A stretch of DNA of 64,000 bases from Blastocystis sp. Blastoise (GCA_039096225.1 JBBPEB010000028.1:248001-312000); one strand, 5' to 3'. Positions 1 through 20,715 are shown, numbered from the stretch's first letter. A program made the numbers and translations. The notes: generated from the sequence alone by a model not told the origin.

Positions 1-1549
1 TATTTTATAAAATTATTATACAAAAAGAATTTATTGCTTCGTTGCTATACTCAGAATATTGATGATTTAGAGAGAAATGTTGATATTCCTGACAATCGTC
101 TTGTTCAGTCCCACGGTTCTTTCTCTACTGCTTCTTGTATTAAATGTGGACGTCGTTATAAAACAGAAGTAGTGAAAAAAGCTGTTTTAAAAAGTATATA
201 TATATATATATTTTGCATGTTTTATTTTTTATTATAATTATGATTAGTAATGTATATTTATTATATATCATTTTTATGTGTTTTTATCATTATTAATAGT
301 TTTATTTTTTTTTTGATGTTTTATCATTAATAATAGTTTTATTTTTATATGTTTAATCATTAATTATTGTTTTTATTTATATATTTTATCAATGATAATA
401 GTTTCATTTTGATTACATAATATCATTATACTATTAATTATATATATATAATAGATGAGATCCCTCATTGTAAGGAGAAGACTTGTCGTGGGTATATAAA
501 GCCAGATATCGTATTCTTTGGGGAACCCCTACCTTTAAAGTTTAATATGTTAAATAAAGCAGATATGTTAGCGGCTGACTTACTGATTGTGATGGGAACA
601 TCGCTACAAGTACAACCTTTCTGTGGTATATATATATATAATGTATAGTATACTTATTAAGATTATTATTAATAACAGTATTTTCAATAGTTGATTAGCT
701 TATTACACTAGTCTATATTATATGTTAATAGAATCTTTTTTATTTATTTATTATCATGAATCATTCTATTGTATTATCTCTATATGTTTATATTATTTAT
801 ATATCCATTATATATCACTTATATATTTATTATATATCACTTATATATTTATTATATATCATTTATATATTTATTATATATCATTTATATATATCTCTAT
901 AGGTTTAGTAAATAAAGTGAAAGAAGATTGTCCTCGTCTTCTAATAAATAGAGAGCCTGTGGGTCCATTTCGTTTCTATACTATGGATTGTTGTTATAGA
1001 GATGTTGTGTATTTAGGGGATTGTGATAGTGGTGTACGTGCATTATGTAAAGAATTAGGTTGGCTTGACGAATTAGAGGACATGTTTACCAAGGGAAATA
1101 CTAAATTAGAAAAAATAAGACAGAAATATATTGCTTCTAAATTATTAGCAACTGCTAAGATAGATGAACATTTCCAGAATATAAATAATACTATAGAAAA
1201 AGATGAAGAAGGAAATGAGATTGTTAAAGAGCTGATGAAAGAGAAAGAGAAGGAAATAGAAACAAAGAAAGAAATGAAGAATAATGTTGAAAGTGAAATT
1301 GTGATATTACATAAAGATACAAAAGATATAAATACAACTTTACCCTTAGTAAAGTCAGAAGTACCTCTACCATCAATAGAGTCTAAACAAGATAGTTATA
1401 TACGTATGCGAAATTCTTCAGCGTCTTCTGTGAGTTCGGATATGCTATTATCAACAGATGATGATGATTTTACTTCTGATTATAATAGTATGAGACATCT
1501 TAATGGAAATATATCTCCTATTGGTAAAATACATACTATTAATATATAA
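1..1549 (+). CDS. NAD-dependent deacetylase, Sir2 family (class I, SIRT2/Hst2-like); 5' end lies outside the window; spliced
   Basis: Motifs across exons: YTQNIDDLE, HGSFSTASCIKC, CKEKTCRGYIKPDIVFFGE, LIVMGTSLQVQPF, PRLLINRE, LGDCDSGV. Stop at 1547-1549. Confidence 0.92.
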
Positions 1550-1844
1550 TCTATAGTCTATATTCTTTATTTTTGTAAGATTTATATTATATTATATTAT
1601 ATTATATATTTTTGAAAATAATATATAAAAGAACAAAAAAATTACTCTCTAGTTAGTATTTATTATCAATATTTATTTTGTTTCTCTCTTTTTCTTTTTC
1701 TTTTTTTAATTTACATTTTTTTTTTAGTTTCTCTCTTATTCAATATATTGTATAGTATACTTTTTTCGTAGTAATTCTTACTTTTCTTTTATTTATTAAC
1801 TATCTTTTTGTTTCTTTTAAATTTTTATAAATATATATACTTTT

Positions 1845-1882
<38 letters not shown>

Positions 1883-2224
1883 ATCTCTAATTGGAAATAA
1901 TATTAAGAATATATCTTTCTAACATTCATTATAATCATTTCCTTATCATTCTTCTAACTTACATTGTTTTCTATGTATATATCCATTTATTGCTATTCTA
2001 TTCATGTTTCTATGTTCAATATATTATATATATATATGTATATATTCTTTTTTAAGTATATGTATAATTTGTAGTCAAGAATTGGTTTTATTTAATCATT
2101 ATATATATTTTATTATGATCTGCATTTTTTGATCAACAATAAAAATCACACTAAACGAATAAAAACACATCCAAAAAGTAATGAACTAATTCTTATTATT
2201 TCTTTAATAATAACACATAAATAA

Positions 2225-2762
2225 TTATTTTTCTTTATTTTCTTCATTCAAATCTACTTGCTCCATCTGTTCGTCATAACCAAATATTTTTTTTCTATAA
2301 CATTCTTGGTTTTTCTCATATAAAGCCTTATAATCAGGAGGTTGCACCAAAGGTTTGAATACTATTTTCTTCCTACAAAGGGCTAATGGCTCATCATCTA
2401 CAATATAAAAACATTTTGAAAAAAAATAAGTATATTCAGAGAATGTAAAAAAATATGATGACAAAACGAAAATAATTGTAGTGTTTCATATAATAAATAA
2501 TGTGTAAATACCATTATGAGGAATAATAACATCGGTACCTATTTCATATTCGTATCTTCCGACAAATGTTAATCCATTCATGTCTAATTGTGGCTCATTT
2601 GTTTCAAGTCTCTATAAATATTCATGAAAAAAATACAAATAAGAGTATAATAAGAAAAAAATAAATGTGTACACTTAATTTGATCTTTGTTGTGTCTGTA
2701 TACATTGAAGATCCATATATATTCTCGAATTCAATCTTAATATATTGATCTTCCACACTCAT
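2225..2762 (-). CDS. TFIIIC subunit 6 (GTF3C6/Tfc7-like) small protein, 3 exons
   Basis: Spliced translation MSVEDQYIKIEF...IKLS|RLETNEPQLDMNGLTFVGRYEYEIGTDVII|...LCRKKIVF resembles the TFIIIC_sub6 domain pattern (LDTxxP...FxGxYExxIGT). Confidence 0.65.
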
Positions 2763-3376
2763 TGCAAGACTTAATGATAAGTATCGAAAAAAAGAATCTA
2801 AAAGTTTTTCAATAATGTTTATTTGTGTTAAAAGATGGTTAAAAATATGTTTTCTCATTTATAATAAAGAATAATAAGTGTCAACTATTTATGTCAGCTT
2901 TTATGTTTAAAATAACATGTTTATAAATCTAAAAAGTCATTTACAATTATGAAACTTAGCTTTTAACTTATTATAAATAATCTATAATGAATATAAATAA
3001 TATCAGTATATATAAGAATAGTTTATTAATTCTTTTAATGAAAATCATTCAATAATATATTATTCATATATTTATATCCTATTTAATATTGTATGATACA
3101 GTATTCTATATGCGCATATAGACACGTTTATCGCTTTCATTTATGTCTATAAATAAAATTAAAGTAATAAAATGTGATTTACAATATATGGATAAAAAAC
3201 TTTTTAGGGAAGGAATGTCTGATGAAATACATTTTCTCGTAATTGTGGGGAAATAAACCAGGGAGTTTTTCCCAGCATTTTATTTAGAATTCAAATTAAT
3301 GTAAGTACTCTCTGGATACATTTCAAGATTTATATATATTGATTTATTATAGTGAAGATCATTGAATTGTAAAAGA

Positions 3377-8405
<5,029 letters not shown>

Positions 8406-8768
8406 TAGGTCACCTTTATTGTATTGGTGACTCAATCTCATAGTTTTCATAATTTATTTTGTGTCCTACTTATGTTTAAAACGAATATTTTGTTAATATA
8501 TTCATTTACTCTTAGTTTGGTTTGATTATTACTTTTTTTTTGTCTTGGATTAGAGTGATTATAAAATAATACAACTCTCTAGATGCTATATACATCATAG
8601 CACTAGTTTTGTCTCAATCATGCTTTGAATCATTCTCAAAAACAAAAGTTGAACTTTTTTCTTTTCTGAAAAAGAGCTAAATTCAGATGTTTTCAGCATT
8701 TTTTTCTGTGGGTGGACGAGAATCGTTGTTGAAATTTTTTTTTTATTTTTTTTAGTTATTAGAGACGA

Positions 8769-9868
8769 ATGCCGAAGAAACGAAGTGTAAAAAGTTGGAG
8801 AAAGAGTGAGGCTGGTGAAGAATTCAGAGAGGCTGTAGAAAATGATGTAAATAATGCTGCCTTAAATTCTGTTACTGATGATAAGTTGTTTGTTATCGAT
8901 ACTTCTGCTAATGAGAAGGTTAAAAAACTTGTTGTTGAAGACATTGAAATGAGAAAATTCACTGAGAATGAAAAACGTGCTATTCGAAAGATCATGAAAA
9001 AGAAGAATAGTTCAGAAGTCGTTAAATCAAAACGCAGCAAACCTGAGATCTCTGATATTTGGGGTTCTACTCCTAAGACTGGTATGATTTCGATCATTTA
9101 TTGATATTCAATCATATGTAATTATACATATATACATATAGAAACTAAAAAAGATGAATGGGTTACAGAAGACGATTTATCTATACCCAAAAAATCAAAA
9201 CATGTATGTATTCATATAGGATTATAAATCTTATAAACTGTTATTTATTAATACTTATATATATTTTTCTATATTCTAGCCTCGTAAAATCATAAAATCC
9301 AGTTATCCCGCGGTTAAGATTCCTATTCCTGGCGCCTCTTATAATCCTGATCCTGTCCAACATCAAGTATAGATTATATTATTATATTTATTATTATATT
9401 ATTATATTTATTGTATTAATATATTTATTATATATATTATATATATTATATATATTATATTTATATTAATATATATATGTTTATTATATAATTATAGGAT
9501 GCTATTGGAGAAGCACTAGCTGAAGATATTCATCTAGAAGAGAAGATGAATAAGGAATACAAATTACCCAAGGGAGTAGATATTAATGCACTTAGACATT
9601 ATAAAGTTAATTACAGTGCAGATACCTTAGGTGAATTGGCTGATACAGATGAAGAAGAAGAGAAAGAAGAAGAAACTAAAGAAGAAGAAGAAGGAGAAGG
9701 AGAAAAGAAGGAAGTTAATTTAGATGCTCCTGGTTTTGGGTTCAATGCTCCGGTTGTAGTTAAACGAAAGACTCGAGCTCAAAGAAACAGAGAAAAGAAA
9801 CATGAAAAACTGTTACGTTTACATCAACGTATTAAACGAGCAAATCTTCATAAACATTTATTAGATAA

Positions 9869-9904
<36 letters not shown>

Positions 9905-10475
9905 ATTGAATATTAGATTCAATAATAGTTTCTATATTCTATATTCTATTTACAAATATATATTACACTTCTATATATAGTATTGAGACAATTGACCAGA
10001 ATATGAAAGAATCTTCAGAGAAGAAGAAGAAGGATAAGAAAGAAAGACAAGCGTTACAAGCCGTTAAAGATTCGAAATATGAACCCCCAATTATCCGTTC
10101 TGGAAAGAAAGTGTATGTTATATATATATATATATAATTTATTATAAACTATTTTTATTAATATGTTATATTATATGATCTATATTATATATATATATAT
10201 AGAGAAGAGAAGCCTCGTTTAGATATCTATTTAAGTGACGAATTACCTGCTTCCATGAGAGAAATGACTGTATATATATATATACAATAAATTAACTATA
10301 TTCTTATTCCTATATATATATATATATATAGCCTGTAGCTAATCCTTTATATGATCGTATTGCTTCATTAGAGAAACGACGTTTGTTTGAAAAGGGTCAA
10401 CAACTGAAGAAGAGTCAATTAGTTGCCAAACGTACTACAAAGAATAAATATAAGTCTCCTTTTGTTAAAGAATAA
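8769..10475 (+). CDS. NOP53: Ribosome biogenesis protein NOP53 (GLTSCR2), multi-exon
   Basis: KSWRK, LFVIDT, PIPGASYNPDPVQHQ, KRKTRAQRNRE, LSDELPASMREMTPVANPLYDRIASLEKRRLFE. Stop at 10473-10475. Confidence 0.9.
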
Positions 10476-11328
10476 ACATACTAGATATATATATATATTA
10501 ATATGAAAAAATATTTTTTTTATTATAAATTTGTTTTCTTTGTATTTTTAGATTTTTTTTTGTATCGTTGTTTCTGTTCTCTGTCATTAAATTGATTTTG
10601 TGTGTTTATTTCCATATTTGTTTTTATAGTATTAATATTACTTATCTATTCTGTCTTGTTTGTTTTATATAATAAACTAAATACTAAAGTAGAGAAAATC
10701 AATTTTAGTTTTAATTTCAAATGAATGAAATGCTTTAATAGCTTTGGAAATTATGATTATTATATATTCGTGGTTTAAGAAATTATAAACATATATATAC
10801 ATATTTTTATTATAATAGATACATGAAATTTAGCCAATTATTCTTTATGAACTATTAGATAAATATTATTGTATGATCATTTCTAATTTCATTAACAGAA
10901 TACTTCTAGAGTAAGAAAGAATTCCTTTGAAATAAATATATCATTTATATATACTACTATAATGTAACTATAAAATACATAATAGAATTCTCATTATGTT
11001 AATCGTTACTTTATATATTCTTTAATAGAAACATATATTTATAGTATATATCGTTTTATTTAGCAAATGATTATGATTATAATTGAATAAGAATATATAT
11101 ACACAAAACTATAATGATAAATACAATAACAACAAAAAGCATCAACTTAAAAATATAAGAATGAATTGAATGATAAGTATAATTGAGAAATTTATAACAA
11201 CTGGAAAAGATAAAAAGAAATAAAAAAGTTTAATAAAAAGAATAATATAAGTAATCATGAAGCTGTTTAAACACCAAAAAATATAGAGGATTTGAGTTAT
11301 ATATATATATATATATATATTATTAGTA

Positions 11329-11554
11329 TTATTCCATTTCTGTGGATTCTTCCCACCATGAGAGTAGACCTAAACCATCATCGCTGATATCCCCGTGGTT
11401 ATATTAAGGATTATATAAGGATATATATATATAGATAGTAATAATAATAATCTTAATCGTCATAATAATAATTTATAATAATAATATGTATATATATGAG
11501 GATATAATAATAGTCATAGGAACTGGTACAACACCCAAAATATCACGAACATCA

Positions 11555-11625
<71 letters not shown>

Positions 11626-11681
11626 GAGGATCTATTTAATTTGATTTCAGGACCTTGAACATCAATCGATTGTGTACGACT

Positions 11682-11741
<60 letters not shown>

Positions 11742-12550
11742 CTTGATCTTTTTGTTCTGAATCATTGACTGGATTCACGGATTCGCTTACAGTTAATATA
11801 TCCTTTTCAAGTTTATTAAATCGAATTCCAGTAACTTTAAATTTTACAATTGAGTCACTAACAATTTCAAACGTTTCATTTTCATCTGTTTCTTCATCAT
11901 GATAGGTCCATACCCAATTACGCGTCATAGCGTCATAAACAGAAGGTTGAGGAAGTAAGATTTATGAAGGAATATATATATATAATACTGAATATAAAAA
12001 ATTGAATAATTATATAACTATATATAACAATTAAACTATTTAAAGCTTAAATATAATTAAAAGAAAAAAATAAGTATTTAATTAAACATTTACTAAATAA
12101 ATATAAATAAATATAAATAAAGATATGATTATGACTTGGAATCCAGATGTCTTCCATAAAATCTAGACTGACACGAAGACCATATTTATTACTTGTTGCA
12201 ATCTTACCAATCATAATCTCTCCTTCAACAGGTCGGAACATAATGAGTCTGAATTTTACTAAAAAAAACATAGAATACTGGATAAATTATGGATGTGATA
12301 GAATGTTTCTAATTGTATATAATAGAAGCAATCAATAAATACATTTTGTATGAGATGCACCGTCTCCAGGAAAGATTACACCTTTATCAACATCAATAAA
12401 ATCATAAAAACAAATGCACAATCCATAATTCAATATAACTTTATTTGAATATTTGATATTTATTTCATTTATCAGCTCCTTTGTATAATCTAAATTGAAA
12501 TATTTTGGCTCAAGTCGAATTGTATCAGTGATTGTAACCAGAACAAACAT
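11329..12550 (-). CDS. POLR3H: RNA polymerase III subunit RPC25/RPC8 (Rpb7 family), multi-exon
   Basis: MFVLVTITDTIRLEP...KYSNKVILNYGLCI...PGDGASHTK|VKFRLIMFRPVEGEIMIGKI...GLRVSLDFMEDIWIP...WVW, with C-terminal DDGLGLLSWW. Confidence 0.92.
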
Positions 12551-12631
12551 TACTTAGGTGTTCTATTGTAAAAAAACAAGAAATGAGTCTTTTTCAGCTA
12601 TTTTTGAAATATTTAAGGGAAATTTTGAAAA

Positions 12632-12640
12632 AACTACTGG
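12632..12640 (+). repeat. Left 9-bp target-site duplication AACTACTGG
   Basis: Directly precedes the left TIR. An identical 9-mer directly follows the right TIR (55987-55995). Confidence 0.95.
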
Positions 12641-13926
12641 GAGAACTCGACCTGCCACGTTCATTTTCTAAAAGTTGCCGTTACGTAGTTCAAAAGTGAT
12701 GTTCGTCATACGCACCAAGTTTGGTTCATCCAATTATTTTCTATATTTTATGATACAATCATTAAATACTTTTTTAATAAAAAATATATAATAAATATTA
12801 AAATATAAATTTTTATGATATATAACCTATAGTTGATTTTTAAATATTTAAAAAATACATTTTATGACTTTCTTTAAATACTCTATATAGTTGTTTTTTT
12901 ATATTTTCATTAAAACTATAAAATTAGCATTAAACTGAAGCATTATTATATAAATAATTGTAAGCATGACTTGATAGAAACATAAAAGCGTTTTATAGCA
13001 ATTATATTGCAAAAATACTAACTATTTAACTACTTTCATTATAATGCACTGTAATTCCGTTATTTATTTATATTTTCGAGCTATTTTTGAGTACATAAAT
13101 GTATAGCGTTTAATACATAGTAATTTGTTATAAGTCAACAATTATTTAAAGAAATGAAAGAGTAATGTACACATTTATATTAATAACAGAGATTCAACTT
13201 GAAACTGATATCCTGTATTATTCATCACTATTTATAGTTTATGAATGAATTACAAAAGAAAAAACGAATGTTACAATTAATTAATTGTTAATGCATTGAA
13301 GTATAATTATATTTTATAACAGAATCAAAGAAATAAACACTTTAAATAAATAAATAAATTATATATATGTTTTAAAATAAGATATTAAAGATAATATTTA
13401 GAATTTTTATTTAAAGTATAGATTCAATGATTAAATGATTTAAAACTGATAATAATGGTATTCTAAGTGATATACAGCTAGAAATAATAAGATATATTTA
13501 GAATGAATGGAATGAATACTCTTAAAGTATTATAAAACAATTCTAAAGATATCCTATTGCAATCTAGATGATCATAGAAACGCATGATTATAAAATTATG
13601 CTTTTAATATAATATTAAGATTATAAAATTAAGATGTGTTGATTTTTTGTCTAATAAATTATTATATCAATTACCTAACACTTCAAAAGTATGCAGAAGG
13701 ATCATTAGCATCCTTAATTAATCCAGAATTGAGTAAATGAAAATATAAGCTAATGCAATTGTAATGTTGTGTCTACTTCATTTTGATAAAATATTAATAT
13801 CACTTTTAAGTAGATAGCCTATAGATATAACTCATGAGTGAATATCAACGTATAATATTGAAATATGACTGAAATAATACAAATTCTAACAAAGAAAAAA
13901 AAATCTTAAAAAATCTTTAAAAAAAT

Positions 13927-13992
13927 ACTTAAGTCAGGATTTGAACCTGAAGATTGTCTAGAATGACCCTCTCTTGCCATTCAAGCTTAAGT
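13927..13992 (-). ncRNA. tRNA-like cloverleaf with B-box (left TIR copy)
   Basis: ACTTAAG-CTTG AATGG CAAG-AGAGGGTC ATTCTA GACAATCT-TCAGG TTCAAAT CCTGA-CTTAAGT, followed by ATTTTTTT. Not a canonical tRNA. Confidence 0.55.
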
Positions 13993-14952
13993 AAAGGTGA
14001 TATACTGCATAAATATATATATTATTTAAAATAACAACAATAAATATTACATTCCCAATTGCCATTCTTAGACTTTACATACATATGTCTTTAATGTTAA
14101 AGCCAAATAATAATTCATATTACATAGAATAAAATTGGGTATCTATATGATTCTATAATCAGGTTATCATAATAATATTATTAATAATAAATATATATAT
14201 ATATATACTTATTTTAAAACCATTCTCACATTTATTATCTTTTATTTTATCAATAACTATATAATAATATATATATTATTTCTATTATTATTACAATCAT
14301 CTAAAAACTCTATTTCTAAATATTTTGGGCTTACATTTAAAAACAAATAGATAATCAGTATCATATAATCTATATATGTATAATAATAATAATATAATGA
14401 TGATACTAATAATAATAAATATACTAAATTATTATATATGTTAACATTAATCAGATTTAATAGCAATAAATATAATAATTTTTTGATGAATAATAATAAT
14501 AATAATTTGGTTAATGTAATACTATAACTATGTATCGTTCTGTATATGTATTCAATAATAATTGTTGTAAAGGGTTTCGATGAGTACTTTTAGATAAGAA
14601 GATCGAAGGAGTAGATATATACTATATATATATATATATATAAACTTTCAATTATTATAGGTAATTATAATATATATATACAGTAACATTAGCAAAATGT
14701 TCGATATAATTTATGCATAAATTGTTCATCAAGTTAAAAAAAAATATTTCTCCGAAAAATAACCATCATTTATATATAATGTATTATTACTATTTCATAT
14801 TCTATATATAATAGTATAAATAATTAAAATGATTCAAAAAAGAATACACTTATCTATCATACAACATTAAATAAATAAACATATATAAAGAAGATAAATA
14901 ATAATAATATATAATAATCTATATAATAATTTATATATATATATACATATAC

Positions 14953-15123
14953 GTAAAATGGTACATTTTGTTTGAATTCTATTCCACATCCTGAACATTC
15001 ACATTTGCGATTAATCATTCGATACATTTCAGAATCATTTTTACCTTCTGAAATAGACTGAATACTCTTTCTATTAATATAAACCATCGATGGGAACAAG
15101 GGAGTCGGTGTTTGAACATCAAT
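14953..15123 (-). pseudogene. Copy of a VPS13 exon incorporated in the left TIR
   Basis: IDVQTPTPLFPSMVYINRK... is identical to the exon at 53504-53674. The ORF track shows the same peptide at 14857-15099 and 53528-53770. Confidence 0.75.
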
Positions 15124-16088
15124 CTATTTAATAATTATATATATATATATATATATAATATTGTATTATGTGTATACGATAATAACCGGCTTTAAAAACA
15201 GATAGACCAAATAATAATAATAATAGCATCCTAATGGAAACATATCCTATATACTATAACTATTACTATTAATAATATGTATAATATATAATAATAATAC
15301 ATACTCTAAATAAGATTACCTATATATATAATAATAATAATAGTAATGTAATAATTACACTATATATTTATAAAACGAAAACCTAAAAATATACAGAATA
15401 TCTATAATAGTAATAAAATAAAAATAATATTTTATAATAACACAACAACCAATATATCTATATATGTAATTATCTATATACAATAATTATGATTTTATAT
15501 AATAGTGCAATATCTATAACCTATATATGTAAATAATAATATCATTATATTAATAAGATAAACTATATGAATAATAATGATAAGTATAATAATAAGTATA
15601 GTATTAATAATAATAAATAGGATAAATATAATAAAAATAGATATTAAAAATAAAATAATAAACATAATAATAATAATAATAATAAATATATATACCCCAA
15701 TTTTTGTTTTTCTTTGTATATTGTTTACATATTTCTTCATATTTAGAAACATCATTTTCATTTTCAGTCACAATATCTGCATATTTATATTGTTGAATTG
15801 AATATTGATTTATTTTATCAACATCATTACTCTCTGTAATACATTGTCTTTAAAGAATATATATAATCATAATAAGAATATTTTTAAATAATATATATTA
15901 TTGACAAATATACAACTATATGTATAAATACTTTATAATTCTTAAAGTATGATTATTCATCCCTTCTTTAAATAAATATTTACTTAGTTCAAATTTATAT
16001 ATAGATATATCTAAATCTATTTCTATATATATATATATATAGTAGTATAAAATACTCTAATTTCATATATTCTATTATTATAGTTAAA

Positions 16089-16127
<39 letters not shown>

Positions 16128-16129
16128 TA

Positions 16130-18209
16130 TACTTTTATCCTTACTAATCTGTAAAATATGTTCTATTCTTTTATTTATATAAATATACTCATTTTTACAT
16201 CCATATATATTATAGATCTTCAAATGATTAATAAGAATTGTATATATATCAGTTAAAAGTATTTTTTCCATATATTTAAGCAAAGAATCGCGGTTATTTG
16301 ATGAAGATGATTGATAATGAAGAAACATAATAGTTTCTAAATATGTATATAGATCTGATATATATGAATATGTATATATAGAAAGAGAAGAAGACAGATG
16401 CTTTGATATATTTACTAAAGAAATGAAATATAGTAAAATAATAATAAATAATGTTATTAACACAATAGTAATTTAAGTATAAAATATATATAAATATAAT
16501 AATATATATAACTATAAATATAATAATAAATGTAATAAATATAATACTAATATACAAATAGTAGATGATGATGGAAGAGAATTATGTTCATAAAGAGAAT
16601 CAAAATATTGAATATAATTATATTTTGTAAGAAGCTCAATACTCATAGACTCTATATATAATGTAATGATATAGTATAGATAAATATCTATTCTACATAC
16701 ATAAACATATATATATATCTAGAATAAAAAATATATAGTATATATATATACTTTCATTATGAAGTGTATTATTATATATATTCATATATTGATCTATAAA
16801 TGTATTTATATGCTTAAAAGATGATGATGAAATCTGACGAATCATATCAAATACACCTTTATTAATACTATTAGATGCTAAATAATCACGGGAATGAATC
16901 GTATCATCTAACAAAAGTGGAGATTCCCATGAATAAGATTGAAGACTCATATAATAATATTGATCGATATCTTTTGTCTCAGCATCAATAATACCATTCG
17001 ATATATACCTATATGAACAAGAAGAGGAAGAATGATAAACATATATATAATATATATATATATATATATGTATATACATATTAAATAAACCATATAATCG
17101 TAAAGAAGACATGCTTTCAGCAAGAGGAAGAAAGATTTGTGAATTCCCACGGGATTCTTGGGTATTCAATGAAGAATCAACACTATATATACATGATAGA
17201 ATATATAAAAAAATAAAGAAAATAAATAAATATATAAATATACATATAAAGTGCTTTCATGTTATCTCGATCATTACGTTTATTTGTATATATATAAGTA
17301 TCTGAAAATATTTGAATATCTTTCTTTATATATATATATAACTATCGATATCATCAATTTCTTGATAGATTCCCGCCATCTTTTGGCGGTAAATTTCTTT
17401 TTCTTGAGACGATATCATAACAGAATCATAAGGAGATAGTAAAGGTTTTCCTAAAGTATTCTTATTCCCGCGATTATTTTCATAAAGATAGAGATTATAA
17501 TCATAAAGAAGTGTTGCTAGATAAAAATGATTTGTATATATACATATATCAATTAATAGAAAAATAGGAAGAGAAAGAGAGACTAATATAGAACAGAAAG
17601 GATCTATGAAATAACCGTGGAAATAGAAAGAGTTTGTTTGGCTTCAATAAATACATATATAGTTAATGGAAGAAGATAATACTGAAATATAGGAATAGAT
17701 GTATAGTTGAGGAAACACTATATATATATAATTGAATAATAATAATATTTATATATATACAATAATATTAGGTAATTGTGATTTAATTTTAAGTTGATTA
17801 TATGTATTAAATAAATAGACTATATGTTGTTGTATATATTCATATATAGTAGAATAAGAGACAATATGAAGAGAAGAAGAAGGAACATTAGGAAGAGATA
17901 GAGAAAGAGATGAAATATGATTGGACCTATATATAAATTTATTAAGGAAAACCTTTTAATATTATAAAAACAATATATATATATATACTTATCGCTATTG
18001 ATAGATTTTAAGAATAAAAGTATATGTTTATATTTATAAACAGATTTGGGGATATCTTTATACAATTGAGAAATCAAGTTATTTTTTGAAAGATAATAAA
18101 GATTTAGAATAGTTTCATAGGAATCTAAAGGTTTATTACTATATTTTATCCAATTCCCATGAGAAATATACAAAGATGAATAGAGTAATGAACATAAGCT
18201 TAAAAGGTT
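16130..18209 (-). pseudogene. Captured multi-exon host fragment, possibly the FAT/HEAT region of a PIKK (ATM/Tel1-like)
   Basis: Spliceable exons such as LAESMSSLRLYG|...YYYMSLQSYSWE...|ESMSIELLTKY loosely recall ATM FAT helices. The family call is weak and the boundaries are approximate. Confidence 0.25.
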
Positions 18210-18266
18210 CTATAGAGGAGATTAATACAAATATAAAATAATAATAATAATAATATATATATATAC

Positions 18267-20477
18267 TTTGAAATATCTAGAAATACCAGCAAAAGGTAAG
18301 TAACTGTCTTGAGCTCTTACTCGTCCATCTAATGTCATTTGAAGACAATTCTCTATTAAACTCTTCATAGGAGTATAGCCCAAAGATAATAAAGCTCTAT
18401 ATATAGTATTATTATTAGTATGATATAAATAATAAAAAATAATTTTTTATATATTAAATATATATAATAAAAAAAAAGAAATAAAAAATATATATGTATT
18501 AATTATTTCCATAATCTATTCAAAATAAAATAAATAATTAATTAAATATACGAATAAAAATAAAATATAAATACCTTCTCTTCAGATACAACAAGTATGT
18601 ATTAAAAATATTTATAATATAATTATATCTTTCAATAGCTACTTCTTTAGCTTCATCACGACCCTTTATATATAAACAGAAACATGTTCACAGAGTACAG
18701 GAAAAAGAAGAGGAGGTAATACTGATTAAAGAATGCATATATTTATAATAGATAATAGATACTATGATTATTATATATTAACAATATACATATATAATTT
18801 TTTATAAATATGTATATATATAAAGGATATTATTATTATCTCCAAGAGAAGCTTCAACACGTTTAACTATTTGTTTATATCATTCTTCATCAAATACTAG
18901 TTGATTATATATACTATATATATATTATTATTATTATTATATATAATCAGAAAATGTATATATAGTATAATGAATAGATTATATATATATATATACCTAA
19001 GAATAGTAGGCATAAATTAAATATATTCTAATGCCTCACCTTCTTTTTCAAATCAACCAAGAGATGCTTTTGTAGGATATAATCTATATATATATTTAAT
19101 ATTGTAAATAAATAAATAAATAAAAAATAAAGAATTAAATAAAAAATATATATATATACATACATTTCTTTAGCAATAATACTGAATTGCAGAACATAAT
19201 GTTCTTTATTAATTCTATTATATAACTGTAAAAGAATACTGGCCACCATCTCTATGACTTGAGAAGAACAATTATGGAAACTAATATATATACAATAGAA
19301 TATATATATATATATACTATTTAGTAAATTGAATAACAAAAGAAGAAGATAGTTTTTAAGCTTTCATGAAAGCATTTACATCATTTTATACTAATAAAAA
19401 TATGTAATAATAATAATAATAATGATAATAATATATATATATATATATATATATACCATATCACTATGAAGTTTATACCATTTTCTTTTTGATTTTCTTC
19501 TAAGAATAAATTCACTTGACTATCCTCTTCAGGAATTCCCGTGAATATACACTTCTTTTTCCAATTAGTAGTTTTAATAACTAGAGGAATATTCCATCTA
19601 TATAATAATATTAATAATAACATATAATAATAATAATCGTGGGAATATACTTGAAATCTTTGTCAATTTCTTGATGATTAATAAAGAAACGTTCTTGAGA
19701 TAATTCAAGTTACCCTATATATATATCCTATATATTATATATTATATATATATACATTATTTTCTTTAATAATTAGAAGAGGATATCCCGTGGTTTTAAT
19801 CCAGTTATCTAAAGGTCAGCTACATCAATTCCCGCGGGACAAGAGAGATGTTTCCAAAGATTTTCAGTAGCGGTATTCTTATATTTAAAAGTAGTTAAAT
19901 AACTAGATATATCCTTTCTAAAAGCTTCTCTTCCTATATATATATATATTAAACAATTATTTCCTATATTTTATTGATTATACATGGAATATATAAATAA
20001 TATATATATAAGTGTATATATATACCAATAAAGTTATAGAGCATCCAAATAACAGTAGCTCCTTTAGAATAACTGATTCCATCAAATATTTGACTGACTT
20101 CTTCTGGTCTATTCACGGTTATTTCTATAGGATGAGAAGACTTTATACAATCCTCAGATAACACACCCATATTATTCTCACTATATATAATAATATGTAT
20201 AATAATATATAAATTAAAATATATATATGATATATGTATATAATATATGTATAATATATTTATAATAACCATAATAACCATAATATATTAATAAAAAATA
20301 ATAATATATGAAACACTAAAAATAATAATAATAATAACATATATATACGTCACAAATGTATCTAGCATATGCCATTCTGGATGAATATGATCTAAGCATA
20401 TATAGTCCATAAAAGAGGTAACCCCCTATTTAACCATATATAAGTCCACAAAGTCATAGGGATTAAATCACTAAACA
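18267..20477 (-). pseudogene. Decayed M1 (puromycin-sensitive-like) aminopeptidase, C-terminal part
   Basis: WTYIWLN.G, DHIHPEW, SSHPIEITVNRPEEVSQIFDGISYSKGA, YKNTATENLWKHL, NWIKTTGYP, LSQERF, WNIPL, GRVRAQD. Frameshifts near 20420 and 19815; no HEXXH motif seen. Confidence 0.82.
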
Positions 20478-20715
20478 CTATATATTATATATATTATACT
20501 TATTAACACTTATAAGAACTATTATTATTATTAGTAATAGTAGTTGAATTATAATATAATTATAATTATGAACAATACCAAAATTATAAATAGAACTAAT
20601 GAAATATATAAAATATTTTAAAACAATTCTATAATAATAATAATATGTATAATAAAAGCAAATAAATAATATAACGATAAATGCAATAATACAACAATAT
20701 ATATATATTATTTAC

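Larger units (their letters stand above)
12641..15153 (+). repeat. Left terminal inverted repeat (2,513 bp)
   Basis: Reverse complement of 53474-55986. Paired coordinates sum to 68627 at both ends, so there is no net indel. One mismatch noticed by eye (13762 vs 54865). Confidence 0.95.
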
